Below, in pieces: positions 1 through 12,233 of a DNA stretch of 64,000 nucleotides. The DNA comes from Gekko japonicus (Eukaryota): the NCBI RefSeq assembly GCF_001447785.1, contig NW_015167073.1, forward strand, positions 246,692-310,691, given 5' to 3'. The notes under the pieces are model-generated. The model saw nothing but the letters and a program-made list of their open reading frames with translations. It was not told where the DNA came from and made no database searches. Both the position numbers and the translations under genes were made by a program. Each line of letters begins with the position of its first letter. The stretch's first letter is position 1.

Positions 1-697
1 GGAAGTGCGACCCCTGGGGGCGGAACTCTTCAGGGGCTGATGAACTTACCCGTGTGTCCGTCCTTTGACTTCTTCCAGTCCTCCTTTTCTCTCTCTCGCC
101 TCCTCGTCTATTCTATATTTTCTGTATTTTGCTTATCTCGTGTATTTCTTTTCCTCTTCGCTTTGCTGTCTCGGAGTCTTCAAGTTTCATTCTCCTCTTC
201 TGTTCCTCCTAACCTCTCCCCTGCATTCCTCTCTGTTCCAGGTGGTCTCAACGGCTTTAATATCCCTCGCATTACGGCCTGTTTGGAGGTGGCGGACTAC
301 TTGGAAATGTCCCCTACGGAGCTGCAGGGCCTGGACCCCAAGTCCTTGCCCCCCTGTGCCCGCCGCCTGCTCTGCGATGCCTACATGTGCTTCTACCACA
401 GCCCTTCCCTCGGTCTGTACAAATAAGCTCCTTGCTGAAGAGCACAAGGATTTTCGCCAAAGCCTTCAGGTCATGGCTCTGGAGGCCCGGAGGGAACCCT
501 GCCATCGGCGTGTAGCAGGACGCAGATCTTTAGCCAGAGCAGCCGGGATAAGCGGCACAGGCCCGACCCGGCGAGCGGCCCTGGAGATGTAGGCAACAAC
601 CACAGATAGAACCTATTTCTACTTTTGGTGGGAACCCTGACTCGATTGAAATAATCCCAGCCGTGATTGTCTGCCCTGCAGCTGTGTTAGTGAGGAT

Positions 698-907
698 TAG
701 GGTGGCCAGGTGTAGTCTGGGAAATTCCTGGCGATTTGGGGGCGGAGGGCAGAGTTTGGGGAGGGGAGGGAGCTCACAGGTATGTGATGTCCTCGAGTCC
801 GCCCTCCAAAGCGGCCGCTTCCTACAGGAGAATTGATTTCCGGCGGCTGGGGACCAGTTGTCATTCCAGGAAGAACCCCAGGCCCTCCCATGGGGCTGGC
901 GACCCTT
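698..907. mobile_element. ~210-bp hAT (Blackjack-like) MITE
   Basis: Termini tagggtggcca...tggcgaccctt; flanks gtgaggat/gcgaggat (7/8 TSD); related copies at 12474 and 41160. Confidence 0.75.
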
Positions 908-1080
908 GCGAGGATGGATTTCTGTGGCGCCGTTTCCGTGACGTCCGTGCCACCTGAGATTCTGTCCTATCTGTTCCTCTCCATCCCAGTTCCATATGGA
1001 TCGGTGGTAGGCACGGGGGGGGGGGGGGGAAGGGGAAACATTTGGCAGGTGGAAGAGAATGACAGTTGTGTGTTAATAAT

Positions 1081-1686
1081 GGGGAATTTCACATTACCAG
1101 TTTTCTCCCGGTTTCAAACCGGGAGTCTTCCGTTTCCAGATGAACCGGTACAGGGCTGCCGTTTCACACACGGCTTGCCCCTACCGGAAAGGAGCCGATT
1201 CACAAGCGGTTCGGCGTTTCACACACGCACCGCTTCGTTTTCCCGCCGTTTTCTTCCCGCGCGGGCGATCGGTTTTTTTTTTTTTTAAGGTTCGGCTTAT
1301 AGCGATATATTGATATATCGCTATACCAGAACCTCAAATGGTCGCAATAACGATCCCATTGGAATGCGACTCCTTAGAGGTTCCGGTATAGCGATATATC
1401 GCTATAAGCCGAACGTTCAAAAAAAAAAAAATCCTGTGCGGGCGAAAAAAGGCAGGAAAGAAGCGTATCGGAACCGGGAGAGGGAACGGGAGACTCCTCA
1501 GAAGCGGTTGACAGGTAAATCGCTTCCCTCCCGGTTCCTATACGGAAGAGAGGCTTCTGTGTCTGAAATGCCACTTAGATCCCGGTAGGGAACCGATTCC
1601 TAACCGGGTTCTGTCTGAAATGACAGACCACAACCCGGTTGAGAATCGGTTCCCTACCGGGACATAGCGCCTGTCTGAAATTCCCC
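1081..1686. mobile_element. Palindromic MITE, Harbinger/ISL2EU-like
   Basis: TIRs ggggaatttcaca / tctgaaattcccc; AT dinucleotide on both flanks; internal nested inverted repeats (about 1255-1450). Confidence 0.7.
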
Positions 1687-2428
1687 ATAGTCTGCTCTCG
1701 CTGGGACCCCTCCCAGTCTGGGTTTAGATCTGGCCGTAGGGCTCGGTGGCCCTGGTAGAGGACTTGTGCCATGAGATGGAGAGACGGCATGGGACTTGGT
1801 TGGTCCTCTGGGACCTCTCAGCAGCTTCTGATACCATCAACCATGGTACCCTTCTGGACCACCTGTCTGGGCTGAGATTGGGAGGCACGTCCCCTGTGCT
1901 CTTTAACATCTAAGTGAAACCCCCTCTGAGGTCACCCGGAAATTGGGACTGGGTTGTCCTCAATATGCGGGTGGCACTCCGCTCTCTCTCATGCTTCCAG
2001 CTCATCCCGGGGAGGCTGTAGGAGCCATGGACCGGTGCCTGGAGCCAGTTTGGAAGGGATGTGGGCCAATAAACTGAAGCATACTCCCAACCTGGGAGTG
2101 CTACAGGTGGGCGGAAGGTCTGACCTGGGTTTTGATGTGTCATCTGTTCGGGATGGGGTTGCGGTTCCCCTTTATGGAGCAGGTGCGTAGCCCGGGGGTG
2201 CCGTTGGACCCAGGCCTACTGCTGGTTAAACTGTGATCAAGCATGCCTTTCACCAGCTTCCACTGGTTAGCCAGCTGAGGCCTTTCCTGGGTGGAGGCGT
2301 TGTGGCTGCTGTGGTGCGTGCTCTGGCTACATCCAGGGCTGCAAAAAACAGCAAAGGACAACGGAGTCAGAGAGCCGTTCTAACCAAATATGTTAAACTC
2401 TGAAAATGGGCTGCATCTCAGAGACTCC

Positions 2429-3211
2429 CAAATCATATCAAAGTTCCGCCCGTTAAGAATCCACAGATATTACCCTATTGAAAACAGTACAACGCTGTAG
2501 TCAAATACAACACCAGTACCAGTGAACTCACAAAATTTACAAGTGTCCAGTTGCCAACTGACCAGATAACTATACCGGGACCTTGTATCGCTGTTCCTGT
2601 TACCTCTGGATGTATTTACTCCTCATTGTTACTGTTGTCTCTGAATGTAATTACTCTGCGTTGTTATTGTAATTTTGAATGTTATTGTTCTAGGGCTGCC
2701 AAATGTGGGCGGGGGGCGGGGAATCCCCTGCTTTGAAGCCCCGATTTCCGATGCGTCGGAATCGAGGCTGTGCGCGCGCGCCACGTGTGCATCACCCGGA
2801 AGTGACGTAGGCACGCTGGGCACACTGGGGGCGGGGCCACGGCCATACAAGGGAAAACTCTATGGTTTTCCCTTGTATGGCCGTGGCCCCGCCCCCAGTG
2901 TGCCCAGCGTGCCCACATCACTTCCAGGTGACGCGCACGCGGCGCGCGCGCACAGCCCCGATGCCGGCCGGGAGCCCCCTGCTCCCAGCGAAGATGGAGT
3001 TGGCAACCCTATATTGTTCCCAAGTGTAGAGGATGTCCCAGCTATTGGTTAGTTTGATTGCTCAACTACATTCTATTTGGTCAGTCGGCCACTGGACGCT
3101 TGTAATGTTTGTGAGCTCCTTGGTACTGGTGTTGTATTTGACGACAGCGCTGTATTGCTTTCAATAGGGTTATAGTTGTTCATTCTTACTGGTGGAGCTT
3201 TGATATGATTT
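2429..3211. repeat. ~135-bp imperfect inverted repeat pair (2429-2566 / 3075-3211), probable foldback transposon
   Basis: aaatcatatcaaagttcc...ctgaccag is the reverse complement of tttggtcag...ggagctttgatatgattt. Confidence 0.7.
2691..3011. mobile_element. hAT (Blackjack-like) MITE with long internal hairpin
   Basis: TIRs tagggctgcca / tggcaacccta; exact 8-bp TSD tattgttc; about 190-bp near-perfect palindrome. Confidence 0.9.
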
Positions 3212-3349
3212 GCTCGTCACATCTAGATCAGATTACTGCAATGCGCTCTACTTGGGGGTCGCCCTTGAAAGGTGTTTGGAAACGTCAATTGGTGCTGGTC
3301 TTGCCCTTCAAACCCCTATGTGGTTTGGGACCATCTACTCTCTTATGAA

Positions 3350-3701
3350 AGAGCTGCGGTGGCTCAAGTGGTTAAGACGCTGAACTGCAGGCTGTGGAAG
3401 GTCAGTAGTTCAGCAGTTCGAGACCCGGGTGCCGCATGATGGAGTGAGCTCCCGTCTCTGGCCCCAGCTCCTGCCAACCTAGCAGTTCGAAAGCATGAAA
3501 TTGCAAGTAGATAAATAGGTACCACTTCGGTGGGAAGGGAACAGCGTTCCGTGCGCCTTGGTGTTTAGTCATGCCGGCCACATGGCCACAGAAACGTCTT
3601 CGGACAGCGCTGGCTCTTCGGCTTGGAAACGGAGATGAGCACCGCAACCCTAGAGTCGGATTCGACTGGCTTTCGAGCAAGGGAAACCTTTACCTTTTCC
3701 T
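3350..3701 (+). mobile_element. Sauria SINE, near full length
   Basis: tRNA-like head, body ccaacctagcagttcgaaa...gtagataaataggtacc, (ACCTTT)n tail; 14-bp TSD tactctcttatgaa. Confidence 0.9.
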
Positions 3702-4136
3702 TACTCTCTTATGAATCCACCTGACTGCTATGATCCTTTTCGGAGGTTTTGCTTTTGCATGCCCTGGCTACCATGGTTAGGCCGGCGGCAACCCGGCAGA
3801 TGCTGGAACTCCCTCCCCAGGGACGCTCCTCTGTCTCCTCCTGTTGCCGTCTTCCGCCAGTGAGTGAAGACTCGTTTTGTTTGTCGTTCCCGCAATGAAC
3901 CCTCCTTCCCAGCCAGTGTTTTAATGGCTGTTTTTATGCTCTGTACATATCTTAAGCTGTTTAATTGTTTCAACGGTGTATGTTTGAGCCAGGTTGATCT
4001 TTACGGTTTTAAAATACGTATATATTTTTTTATCGTGTATGTTTTAAATGGTTGGCTCCCTCGTCGGCCCTCGTAAAGGCAGAAGGGCGGGATGCAAAGT
4101 TTTGCAAACAATAAAACAATAGAATAGTCTTCTTCC

Positions 4137-4161
4137 GTGGTGGTGGTGGTGGTGGTGGTGG
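4137..4161. repeat. (GGT)n microsatellite
   Basis: Direct inspection. Confidence 0.9.
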
Positions 4162-4463
4162 TTAGCCGGGACTGACTTGCTCTTCCCGCTTGCTTCGGAG
4201 GAAAGGCCGTGCAAATGATTTCATGCTCGGTCCCTGCTTGGAGGGAGGAGCCAGCCCCTCCCCCGCTTCCCCTGGTTCTCGCTCTGCTGCCTGCAGGGCA
4301 ACAGGGCTTTTCTAGAGCTCCAGCCTGCACGTTTCCTGTTGCTGCTGCTGCTGTTGGAAGGACGACTTGGCTGAAGAACAGGTGTCANNNNNNNNNNNNN
4401 NNNNNNNNNTCCATGGCCCCGGCTCATCGCCTGCCACATGGCTGAAGGTTCCTCGCTGCCTGC

Positions 4464-4669
4464 CAATGCTCCCTCGAAGCTGTGGAGTGTTGTGAGCAAA
4501 AATGCTACTTGGTGAGCTGCTGGCATTAAAGTTGTGAGCGAGCAATTCGGCGACTGCATAAATTGGTTTGCTCTGGAACCTTCCTTCCTGAGCGAAGACC
4601 AAAATGTGTGAGCCGGAGGCTAAAAACCTGTAAGCTAGCTCACAATAACTCAGCTTAGAGGGAACACTG
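4464..4669. mobile_element. 206-bp hAT MITE
   Basis: TIRs caatgctccctc / gagggaacactg; 8-bp TSD ctgcctgc; copies at 25107, 25515 and 56463. Confidence 0.9.
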
Positions 4670-5254
4670 CTGCCTGCTGTCCTTTTATATCAATTTGCTC
4701 TACAGAGTCCTGTCCGCCATGGACTTATGCAAGTGGCCCTTTGGTCTCCTTTGAACTGCAGCTTCCCGATCCGCTGTGAGATGAAATGTGCTTCCCCAGG
4801 GATTCTGCTATTTCAACCATTTATTTCTCCACAGCTGCCCAGATTTTAATATCCTATTTGAATAATTTTTAATCTCCTATTCGAATCATTCTTACCCCCC
4901 TTAAGAAATCAGCGGTGGTTCTCCATTATCCACTGTGCAAGAAACGAGCGATGATGAGATCAGCTTTCCTTTTTCTGTCCCCCTCTTTGAGAGGCAAGTA
5001 GTTTCAAGGGCAGGGCTTGCCTTGGGTAGCTCCTTTTGGAGCAAAGAGCACTGAAAGATTATAGCATTTTTGGCACATGTTTCTGTTGCAGAAAAGTCCC
5101 ACGGACCCATGTTACCATTCCTCTTTGCGTCCTCTGAGAGGTTGAGATATCCAGCCGCTGTTCCAGGACTTTGCCTGGCAGCTTATTACTCACCTGAACC
5201 CACCTGAGTCACTCTCCGGAGCCCACCTGAGTCCCAGGAGGTGTTCTTTGCTTC

Positions 5255-5520
5255 AGTCTGGTGTAGGGGTTAAGAGCACAGACTCTAATCTGGGAGAACT
5301 GGGTTTGATTCCCCACTCCTCCACATGCAGCTGCTGGCGTGACTTTGGGTCAGTCACAAGTTCCTTCGGAGCTGTTCTCTCAAGGGCAGTCCTCGAAAGA
5401 GCTCTCTCAGCCCCACCTACCTCACAGGGTGTTTGTCATGGGGAGAGGAAGGGAAAGGAGATTGTAAGCCGCTCTGAGACTCCGAGTGAACAACGGGGTA
5501 TACATCCAATCTCTTCTCTC
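5255..5520 (+). mobile_element. tRNA-derived SINE with L2-like tail
   Basis: Head tggtgtag...ggtttgattcccc (A/B boxes); tail tgtaagccgctctgag...ggggtata...(TTC). Confidence 0.8.
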
Positions 5521-5549
5521 TGGTTATCTGTGCTGCCATCAGGTGGTCA

Positions 5550-6012
5550 TTTTTTAAAATTTAAATATTATTTTATTACATACAACATACAATAAAAATA
5601 TTGGTACAGTAACAACAGAAAGGAGAAATTAACTTTCCAAACAGTATCTTGTTGACAAACAACATAACAACTATAGCTATATCAAACTAATAGATAACTA
5701 ACATCAAAACTAAAGGTTATACAATATCACCAACCCGCAATTTAACCTAATGAAACATGTATAGTGGCAAGGCATTTGTCCAAGGATTACGTGGCCTGTG
5801 CATCATAAACCTGTTTTGTTTAGCTAGCAAAACCTTCCATTTGTTCATCGGGCTTTGAGTGCTTTCGATTAGATTATGCTGGGCGGACCATTCAGCAATT
5901 TTGTCATCAATCAGATATTCCCATAGTTTAGTGTACCAATGGTCTATAGAGGGGACAGCCTGGGTTTTTGAATTCTTTGCAATGATACACTTTGCTGCAG
6001 TTAAAAGTACCG
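5550..6012 (-). mobile_element. L1/Tx1-type LINE 3' fragment, runs into gap
   Basis: Translation LLTAAKCIIAKNSKTQAVPSIDHWYTKLWEY resembles an L1 ORF2 C-terminus; A-rich tail with AATAAA on the minus strand. Confidence 0.6.
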
Positions 6013-6869
6013 NNNNNNNNNNNNNNNNNNNNNNNNNNNNNNNNNNNNNNNNNNNNNNNNNNNNNNNNNNNNNNNNNNNNNNNNNNNNNNNNNNNNNNNN
6101 NNNNNNNNNNNNNNNNNNNNNNNNNNNNNNNNNNNNNNNNNNNNNNNNNNNNNNNNNNNNNNNNNNNNNNNNNNNNNNNNNNNNNNNNNNNNNNNNNNNN
6201 NNNNNNNNNNNNNNNNNNNNNNNNNNNNNNNNNNNNNNNNNNNNNNNNNNNNNNNNNNNNNNNNNNNNNNNNNNNNNNNNNNNNNNNNNNNNNNNNNNNN
6301 NNNNNNNNNNNNNNNNNNNNNNNNNNNNNNNNNNNNNNNNNNNNNNNNNNNNNNNNNNNNNNNNNNNNNNNNNNNNNNNNNNNNNNNNNNNNNNNNNNNN
6401 NNNNNNNNNNNNNNNNNNNNNNNNNNNNNNNNNNNNNNNNNNNNNNNNNNNNNNNNNNNNNNNNNNNNNNNNNNNNNNNNNNNNNNNNNNNNNNNNNNNN
6501 NNNNNNNNNNNNNNNNNNNNNNNNNNNNNNNNNNNNNNNNNNNNNNNNNNNNNNNNNNNNNNNNNNNNNNNNNNNNNNNNNNNNNNNNNNNNNNNNNNNN
6601 NNNNNNNNNNNNNNNNNNNNNNNNNNNNNNNNNNNNNNNNNNNNNNNNNNNNNNNNNNNNNNNNNNNNNNNNNNNNNNNNNNNNNNNNNNNNNNNNNNNN
6701 NNNNNNNNNNNNNNNNNNNNNNNNNNNNNNNNNNNNNNNNNNNNNNNNNNNNNNNNNNNNNNNNNNNNNNNNNNNNNNNNNNNNNNNNNNNNNNNNNNNN
6801 NNNNNNNNNNNNNNNNNNNNNNNNNNNNNNNNNNNNNNNNNNNNNNNNNNNNNNNNNNNNNNNNNNNNN
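6013..6869. other. Assembly gap (further gaps at 4388-4409 and 41591-41701)
   Basis: Runs of N. Confidence 1.
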
Positions 6870-7145
6870 GGGTGCTGCAAGACGGAGTGAGCTCCTGTCT
6901 CTAGTTCCAGCTCCTGCCAACCTAGCAGTTCGAAAGCAAGAAATTGCAAGTAGATAAATAGGTACCACTTTGGTGGGAAGGTAACAGCGTTCTGTGCGCC
7001 TTGGTGTTTAGTCATGCCGGCCACATGACCATGGAAACGTCTTTGGACAGCGCTGGCTCTTCGGCTTTGAAACGGAGATGAGCACCGCAACCCTAGAGTC
7101 GGATTCGACTGGCTTTCGAGCAAGGGAACCTTTACCTTTACCTTT
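6870..7145 (+). mobile_element. Sauria SINE, 5' end in gap
   Basis: Near-identical to 3350-3701; (ACCTTT)n tail. Confidence 0.9.
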
Positions 7146-8534
7146 AAATATAGACCACAAACTTACTTCAGAAGTAAAATAACCAGGCACAGGATAAATA
7201 TGCACATAAGACCTTTAAAGTGCATATTGGCCCTCCTTCTCACTAACCTTTGTCTGGTTCTCCAGCAAAGAGGGCCAGCATTTGGTCCACACTGCCGTTT
7301 GCAGGCTCCACCTAGTGCCCGCGTTTCCCCACTTGCTCCCATTCAGTGCCAGAGGGATGGCTTGCCACACTTGCGCCCTCCATGGATCTAGTGCTTTATT
7401 GACCAACTGCCTCCCTTCTCCTGGTGCCCCTGAGCAGCTGATTGGAGCTTAATGTGGTTCTGCAGAAAAAACTTCCACCATTCCAAGTAGTAACAAATGC
7501 ATTAAGAAGAAAATGTCTACATGCGTACTGTGCACAGTGGTCTTTTGAGCAAGGAGACAAAGGTGCAAACATCTGCTCCTCTGCCCCTCCACTGTAAATG
7601 CCCTGACTGTTGTTATTCTAGGGTAAGCCATTTACACTTAAAATGACAATGCTCCATCAGCCATCAGTTACCTTGAGTCTCTGTTTGGGCTGCCTGCCCC
7701 TTGTTATTTCCATATGGTAACGGCGGCCAGCAAGATGGAGCCAGCCAAAATGGAGCTCGTTCCCCTTCTGTCCAGGGATTTTATATCCTATTCCCCACCC
7801 CACCCACCCCGGGGTCAGTCCTTGTTTCCAAGAAAAGATAAGATCTAGCATTTGCCCTTCCCGTGTCTCTGTCTTCTTTTAGGTGTCATGTTTTTACCAG
7901 GGTGTGGCATGGCCCCTTTCTTGTTCTCTGCCAGCTGGGTGCATTTGCAAAATATGGACCTTAAGTACTGGTAGACACCTGGCCCCTCTCTTCCAGTGGG
8001 GGAGGGGAGTCAGTTCCTGCCATCTCTGTTGGGAGCTTGGACAGCACAAATGAGTGGTGATAATAATAATAATCCAGGTCCACTGAGGAGATACCTACAG
8101 TTGCTTTATTTATTTGCTTTCGCTCTCCTATATGTTTCTCACTGGGCTTCAAGGCAGATTACAGAATTTAAAAAAAACAATGCAGTATAGACTGGTACGA
8201 TACATAAAATAAACAATGCAATAAATCCGGATTAGACCACTAGAGAACAACACATTCTTCAATGTGCAATACACCCAGTAAACTGAACTATGAAGGGGGA
8301 GGGGGGTGGAAGATAACTTCCTAAAAAAAAACCCAGTCAATTACACATTGTCCTCTTCCCTTATGACTTTTGTCCATGCAAGTCCCTTGACCCCCAATTT
8401 AGCCGTTAGGAGTAACTGTCTGGCTCCAACCTGTTTTGTATGCAATGTCAGAAAGGCAGTATAGGGATCCTGTATCAAATATATGAGAAAATGGGATTTG
8501 TCAGGATAATAAGGGAAGGGAAGGTGGGCATGGT

Positions 8535-9010
8535 CTAGACAGATCTCATCTGAACTCAGAAGCTAAGCAGGGTCAGTACTTAGAAGGGAGACCACCAAGG
8601 AAGACTCTGCAGAGGAAGGCCATGGCAAACCACCTCTGTTTCTCAGTTGCCTTGGCTGGGGTCGCCATAAGTCTTGGATGGGAGACCACCAAGGAAGGCT
8701 CTGCAGAGGAAGGCAATGGCCACCTCTGTTTCTCAGTTGCCTTGAAAGCCCCTTGGCTGGGGTCACCATAAGTCTTGGATGGGAGACCGCCAAGGAAGGC
8801 TCTGCAGAGGAAGGCAATGGCCAACCACCTCTGTTTCTCAGTTGCCTTGAAAGCCCCTTGCTGGGGTCACCATAAGTCTTGGATGGGAGACCACCAAGGA
8901 AGACTCTGCAGAGGAAGGCCATGGCAAACCACCTCCTCTTCTCACTTGCCTTGAAAGCCCCTCACCAGGATCACCATAAGTCAATTGTGACTTGGTGGCA
9001 CTTTACACAC
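8535..9010 (+). repeat. 5S rRNA-derived SINE with about four tandem internal ~95-110-bp units
   Basis: 5S-like head (gaagctaagcagggtcagtactt...gggagaccacc); the unit ggagaccaccaaggaagactctgcagagg...ccataagtcttggatg is repeated. Confidence 0.8.
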
Positions 9011-9587
9011 ACAGCATAATAGAGTATTTGCTGACAAGAAGGTAAGGGTGCACATGGGGCAAGGCAGGACCTGTATGTGTAGAATACATTTTTATAGTTT
9101 AGATTCCATTGGATCTGGTCCATTTGCATCAGCAGAAGGCATCAGGGGAAGCATTGCCATTAGTGGAATGGATCTACAGGATAGAATCGTCAATGAATAC
9201 AGTCAAATGCCAAAACAAAGTTGGAAAAAAGTCTTGCACGTTTAAGGAGAGGGAATGAAAAGTTGGTGAGGCCATTACACAGGGAGAGGACTTTGAAATG
9301 AAATTATGTTTTTGCTCTGTATGTAAAAAAAAAAGGTAGGTAGAGGATGAGTTCAGTATCATTCCTTGGTGGTGAAATGGATCAAGTAAATACAGACACT
9401 GGCATTCTCTTTAAAGAAACAAATGCATTATGTCTTCTCACACAAGTCTCAGGACCAGATCAGGCTCAGAGATAGCACTGTCCACAAGCCCACATAATGC
9501 ACTTCTGTGACTTAATTTTTCATGTCCATTGGCTTATGACTCACGGTGGGCAGCTGGAAGCCCATGATGAAATTCAGGATGAGTTCA

Positions 9588-10547
9588 TCAAGGCATCAGT
9601 GCAGATGGCTTCTGTTCAAATCCCCATCTTTGCAGCATTCTGGACAGAGCCCCATGGATGTCCTTGTTGCGTAGGGTATAAATGATAGGATTGAGCAATG
9701 GGGTGACCACCATGTCAAAAATAGCTAGTTCTTTGTCGTGACCAGGAGCTCTGTCTGACCCCGGTGTCATATACACAACAATAAGGACGCCATAGAACAA
9801 GATGACCACTATCAAGTGGGAGGCACACGTGGAGAAGGCCTTGCGCCGTCTGGCAGCCGACTGCATTCGTATCACAGAAGAGAGTATGAGGATGTATGAG
9901 GTCAGGATAATAAAAAAGGGAAGCACAACGATCAGTGCAGCCATTATAATAATGGTGTGCTCTGTCACACGTATGTCAGTGCATGCGAGTTTCAACACAA
10001 TGGGCATGTCGCAGAAGAAGTGATTGATGCGGTTGGGGCCACAGTAGGGAAGGTGGAGGATGAAGCTCACATTTATTGAAGTAAGAAGGAAGCCACTTGC
10101 CCAAGAGGCGGAGGCAAGCTGGACTTGACGCCACCTACCCATGGCAGTGACATATAGCAGGGGACGGCAGATGGCCAAGTAGCGGTCATAAGCCATGGCA
10201 GCCAGCAGAAAACACTCGACGCTACCCAGGGAAACAGTCATGTACATATGGAGCATGCAGCGGGTAAAGGAGATGACTCCATTCCCAGACAGTAGATGAG
10301 CCAACATCTGGGGCGTGCTGGAAGTAACAAAACCGATCTCTAGAACCGAAAGATTTGAGAGGAAGAAGTACATGGGGGTATGGAGGGAGGCGTCAACTCA
10401 CACCAACGCAACAATCACCAGGTTCCCCATAACAGTGAGTGAGTAAGTGAGGAGAATGATCGGGAAAAGAAAGATCTGTGTCTTTCGGTGGTTAGTGAGT
10501 CCCACCAAGATGAATTCTGTGATGGAAGTGAAGTTCTCATTTCCCAT
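9588..10547 (-). pseudogene. Olfactory receptor (class II) OR1 with in-frame TGA at codon 50
   Basis: Starts MGNENFTSITEFILVGL; GN, LHTPMYFFL, MAYDRYLAICRPLLY, KAFSTCASH and PLLNPIIYTLRNK motifs present; TGA at 10398-10400 where paralogues have Arg/Gln. Confidence 0.9.
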
Positions 10548-11624
10548 CCAGGGTTCCTGTCTGGGCAGAAATGGCAGGAGTCAGTGACAATCTCTGTAAA
10601 CAATCTTAGAATAACTCACGTTTTGTTCTTGGCCACATGGATGTGAACCCAAATCCACACGTTAAGCTCAGCTTCTTAATCTTTTGGAAGCCGACAGAGA
10701 GAGCTTTGTCTCTTGAAAGCTCATATCCCCGAACACCGTGTTAGTCTCTATGGTGCTACCAAATCCATTCTAACGCTTATTAATCTCCATCCACCTTTCC
10801 TTTCCAGTGTTCCCTTTTCTGAATGCGCCTCTCAAAGGTTGATCATTACAAGAGGGCTGTTTGCCTTTAGAGCAACAGGCTATCATGGTTTCCCTTCTGG
10901 AATAATAACTTTGAGGATTATCTGTCATTTGATTCCTGTATTTTAAATGTTGCTTATTGAGCGGTCAACTCTCCTGCTACGGTCAAACAGATCCTTTTTT
11001 AAATTACAGAAGATGTAATTTTACCTTGCTTCTCTTCCCAGATGGTCCTCAAAACCAACAGAGTTTCTCATGTCAGCAGCTTATGTTGAGATATACAATA
11101 GCTGGCAGCTTTCTTGTGCAACCATTTGGAAGATCCCTGGATTGTCTCTCATCTGCTCATGGAGAGCTTCTCGGTGTTGTTCCCAAAAGGCTGTTGCCCA
11201 TTCATTTTATAAAATGGCAAGAGCTTCTGGAGTGAATTTGGATATACGCACAGATGGAGAAACACACAGGTCATCCCGCTCGCTGGGAGCATGCAGCTTA
11301 TTTGGTTAGCCATCAGAGCTTCTATTTAAAAAACTACTTGAGTCTAAGGACAGGATAAGAGCTGCTTTGAAAGCAATGGTCCACCAAGCTGAGCACTGTC
11401 TGTCTTGGCAGGTGGCAGACTTTCACAGCGGATGTCCTTGCATCCTTGCGTGCCTGCAGTGATGCCAGGGAACTCATATGTGCTTCTAAGCTCCAGTTTT
11501 TAAACCACCTTGGCAGGTGTTCCCTGAGATGATAATCAGTTCAACCAGTTTCATAATACCTGACTATTCTTAGTGTTAAAATGTTGACATGTGGATGGTT
11601 TTAGTCCCCGTGACTTTTCGACGA

Positions 11625-11730
11625 TTGGAGGACTCTGCTAAGGTGATAGCAGATCTCCACAGGGATTGCTCTGATCCCTTTGGTACTTCTCTCTGGTTCA
11701 TTAGTAGTCTGTTGTTTGTTACTTCAAACA
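11625..11730 (-). promoter_or_regulatory. Conserved putative OR promoter block (OR1)
   Basis: TAATGA (tcatta 11698-11703) plus O/E-like tccacaggga; homologous blocks lie upstream of all six ORs. Confidence 0.6.
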
Positions 11731-12233
11731 ACATGTTGTCATATTGCCTATTTGTGTATTTCCTGGTGTCTACCTGCCTCTTCTCTAAAGTAAAATTCCA
11801 GTCCTGACTTCCTCTGGCTTCTTTAGTCCAGGAGATGCTTCAGGAGACTTCAGGGTCTTCATGGAACAACAATGTAGAGAAAGCTTCCCCCATCATAGCA
11901 TGATGCTTGGTTTCGAACCTCTCGGCCTTTTGTGATTCCCGCACCCTCCCCCATGGCAGGTATTCAGTGATGAATCTCACCTCCTATGGTGGACATATTG
12001 AGATGGTGCCCACCCTCTCAAATTCAAAAAGTGCCTACTGTTATGACAAGAAATTGTGGAATGTCCCTGAATAACAGAGAAGCTGGTTTTACAACCCTGA
12101 GGGCCTCAGACCACATGGGAACCAGACAACAAAAGCTTCTTGTTACACACAGGAAGGAAAGCCCCCCTATTTATAGGGATAATTTGCCGTACTGCTAGGA
12201 AGAAACAAAATGGCTGGCTTTTGATATCCTGAC

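Larger units (their letters stand above)
1730..4122 (+). mobile_element. Degraded 5'-truncated L2-clade LINE interrupted by later insertions
   Basis: Remnants of RT motifs (DLSAAxDTIxH near 1810; AFHQL..QLRPFL near 2245; VTSRxDYCNALY near 3215) and an L2-type 3' tail (gggcgggatg...aataaaac, about 4085-4120). Confidence 0.7.

Noticed and set aside
3402-3680. Recurrent MLESQSNPTLGLRC ORFs (also 31372, 40821)
   Set aside because: Antisense translation of Sauria SINE copies.
5747-7123. Long ORFs of 321-458 aa
   Set aside because: Artefacts of translating through an N gap, joining a SINE to an L1 fragment.
8540-8600. 5S rRNA or tRNA genes here and at SINE heads
   Set aside because: Partial, diverged and fused to SINE bodies.
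8545-9000. CRISPR-like regular repeats
   Set aside because: No unique spacers, eukaryotic context, SINE-derived tandem units.
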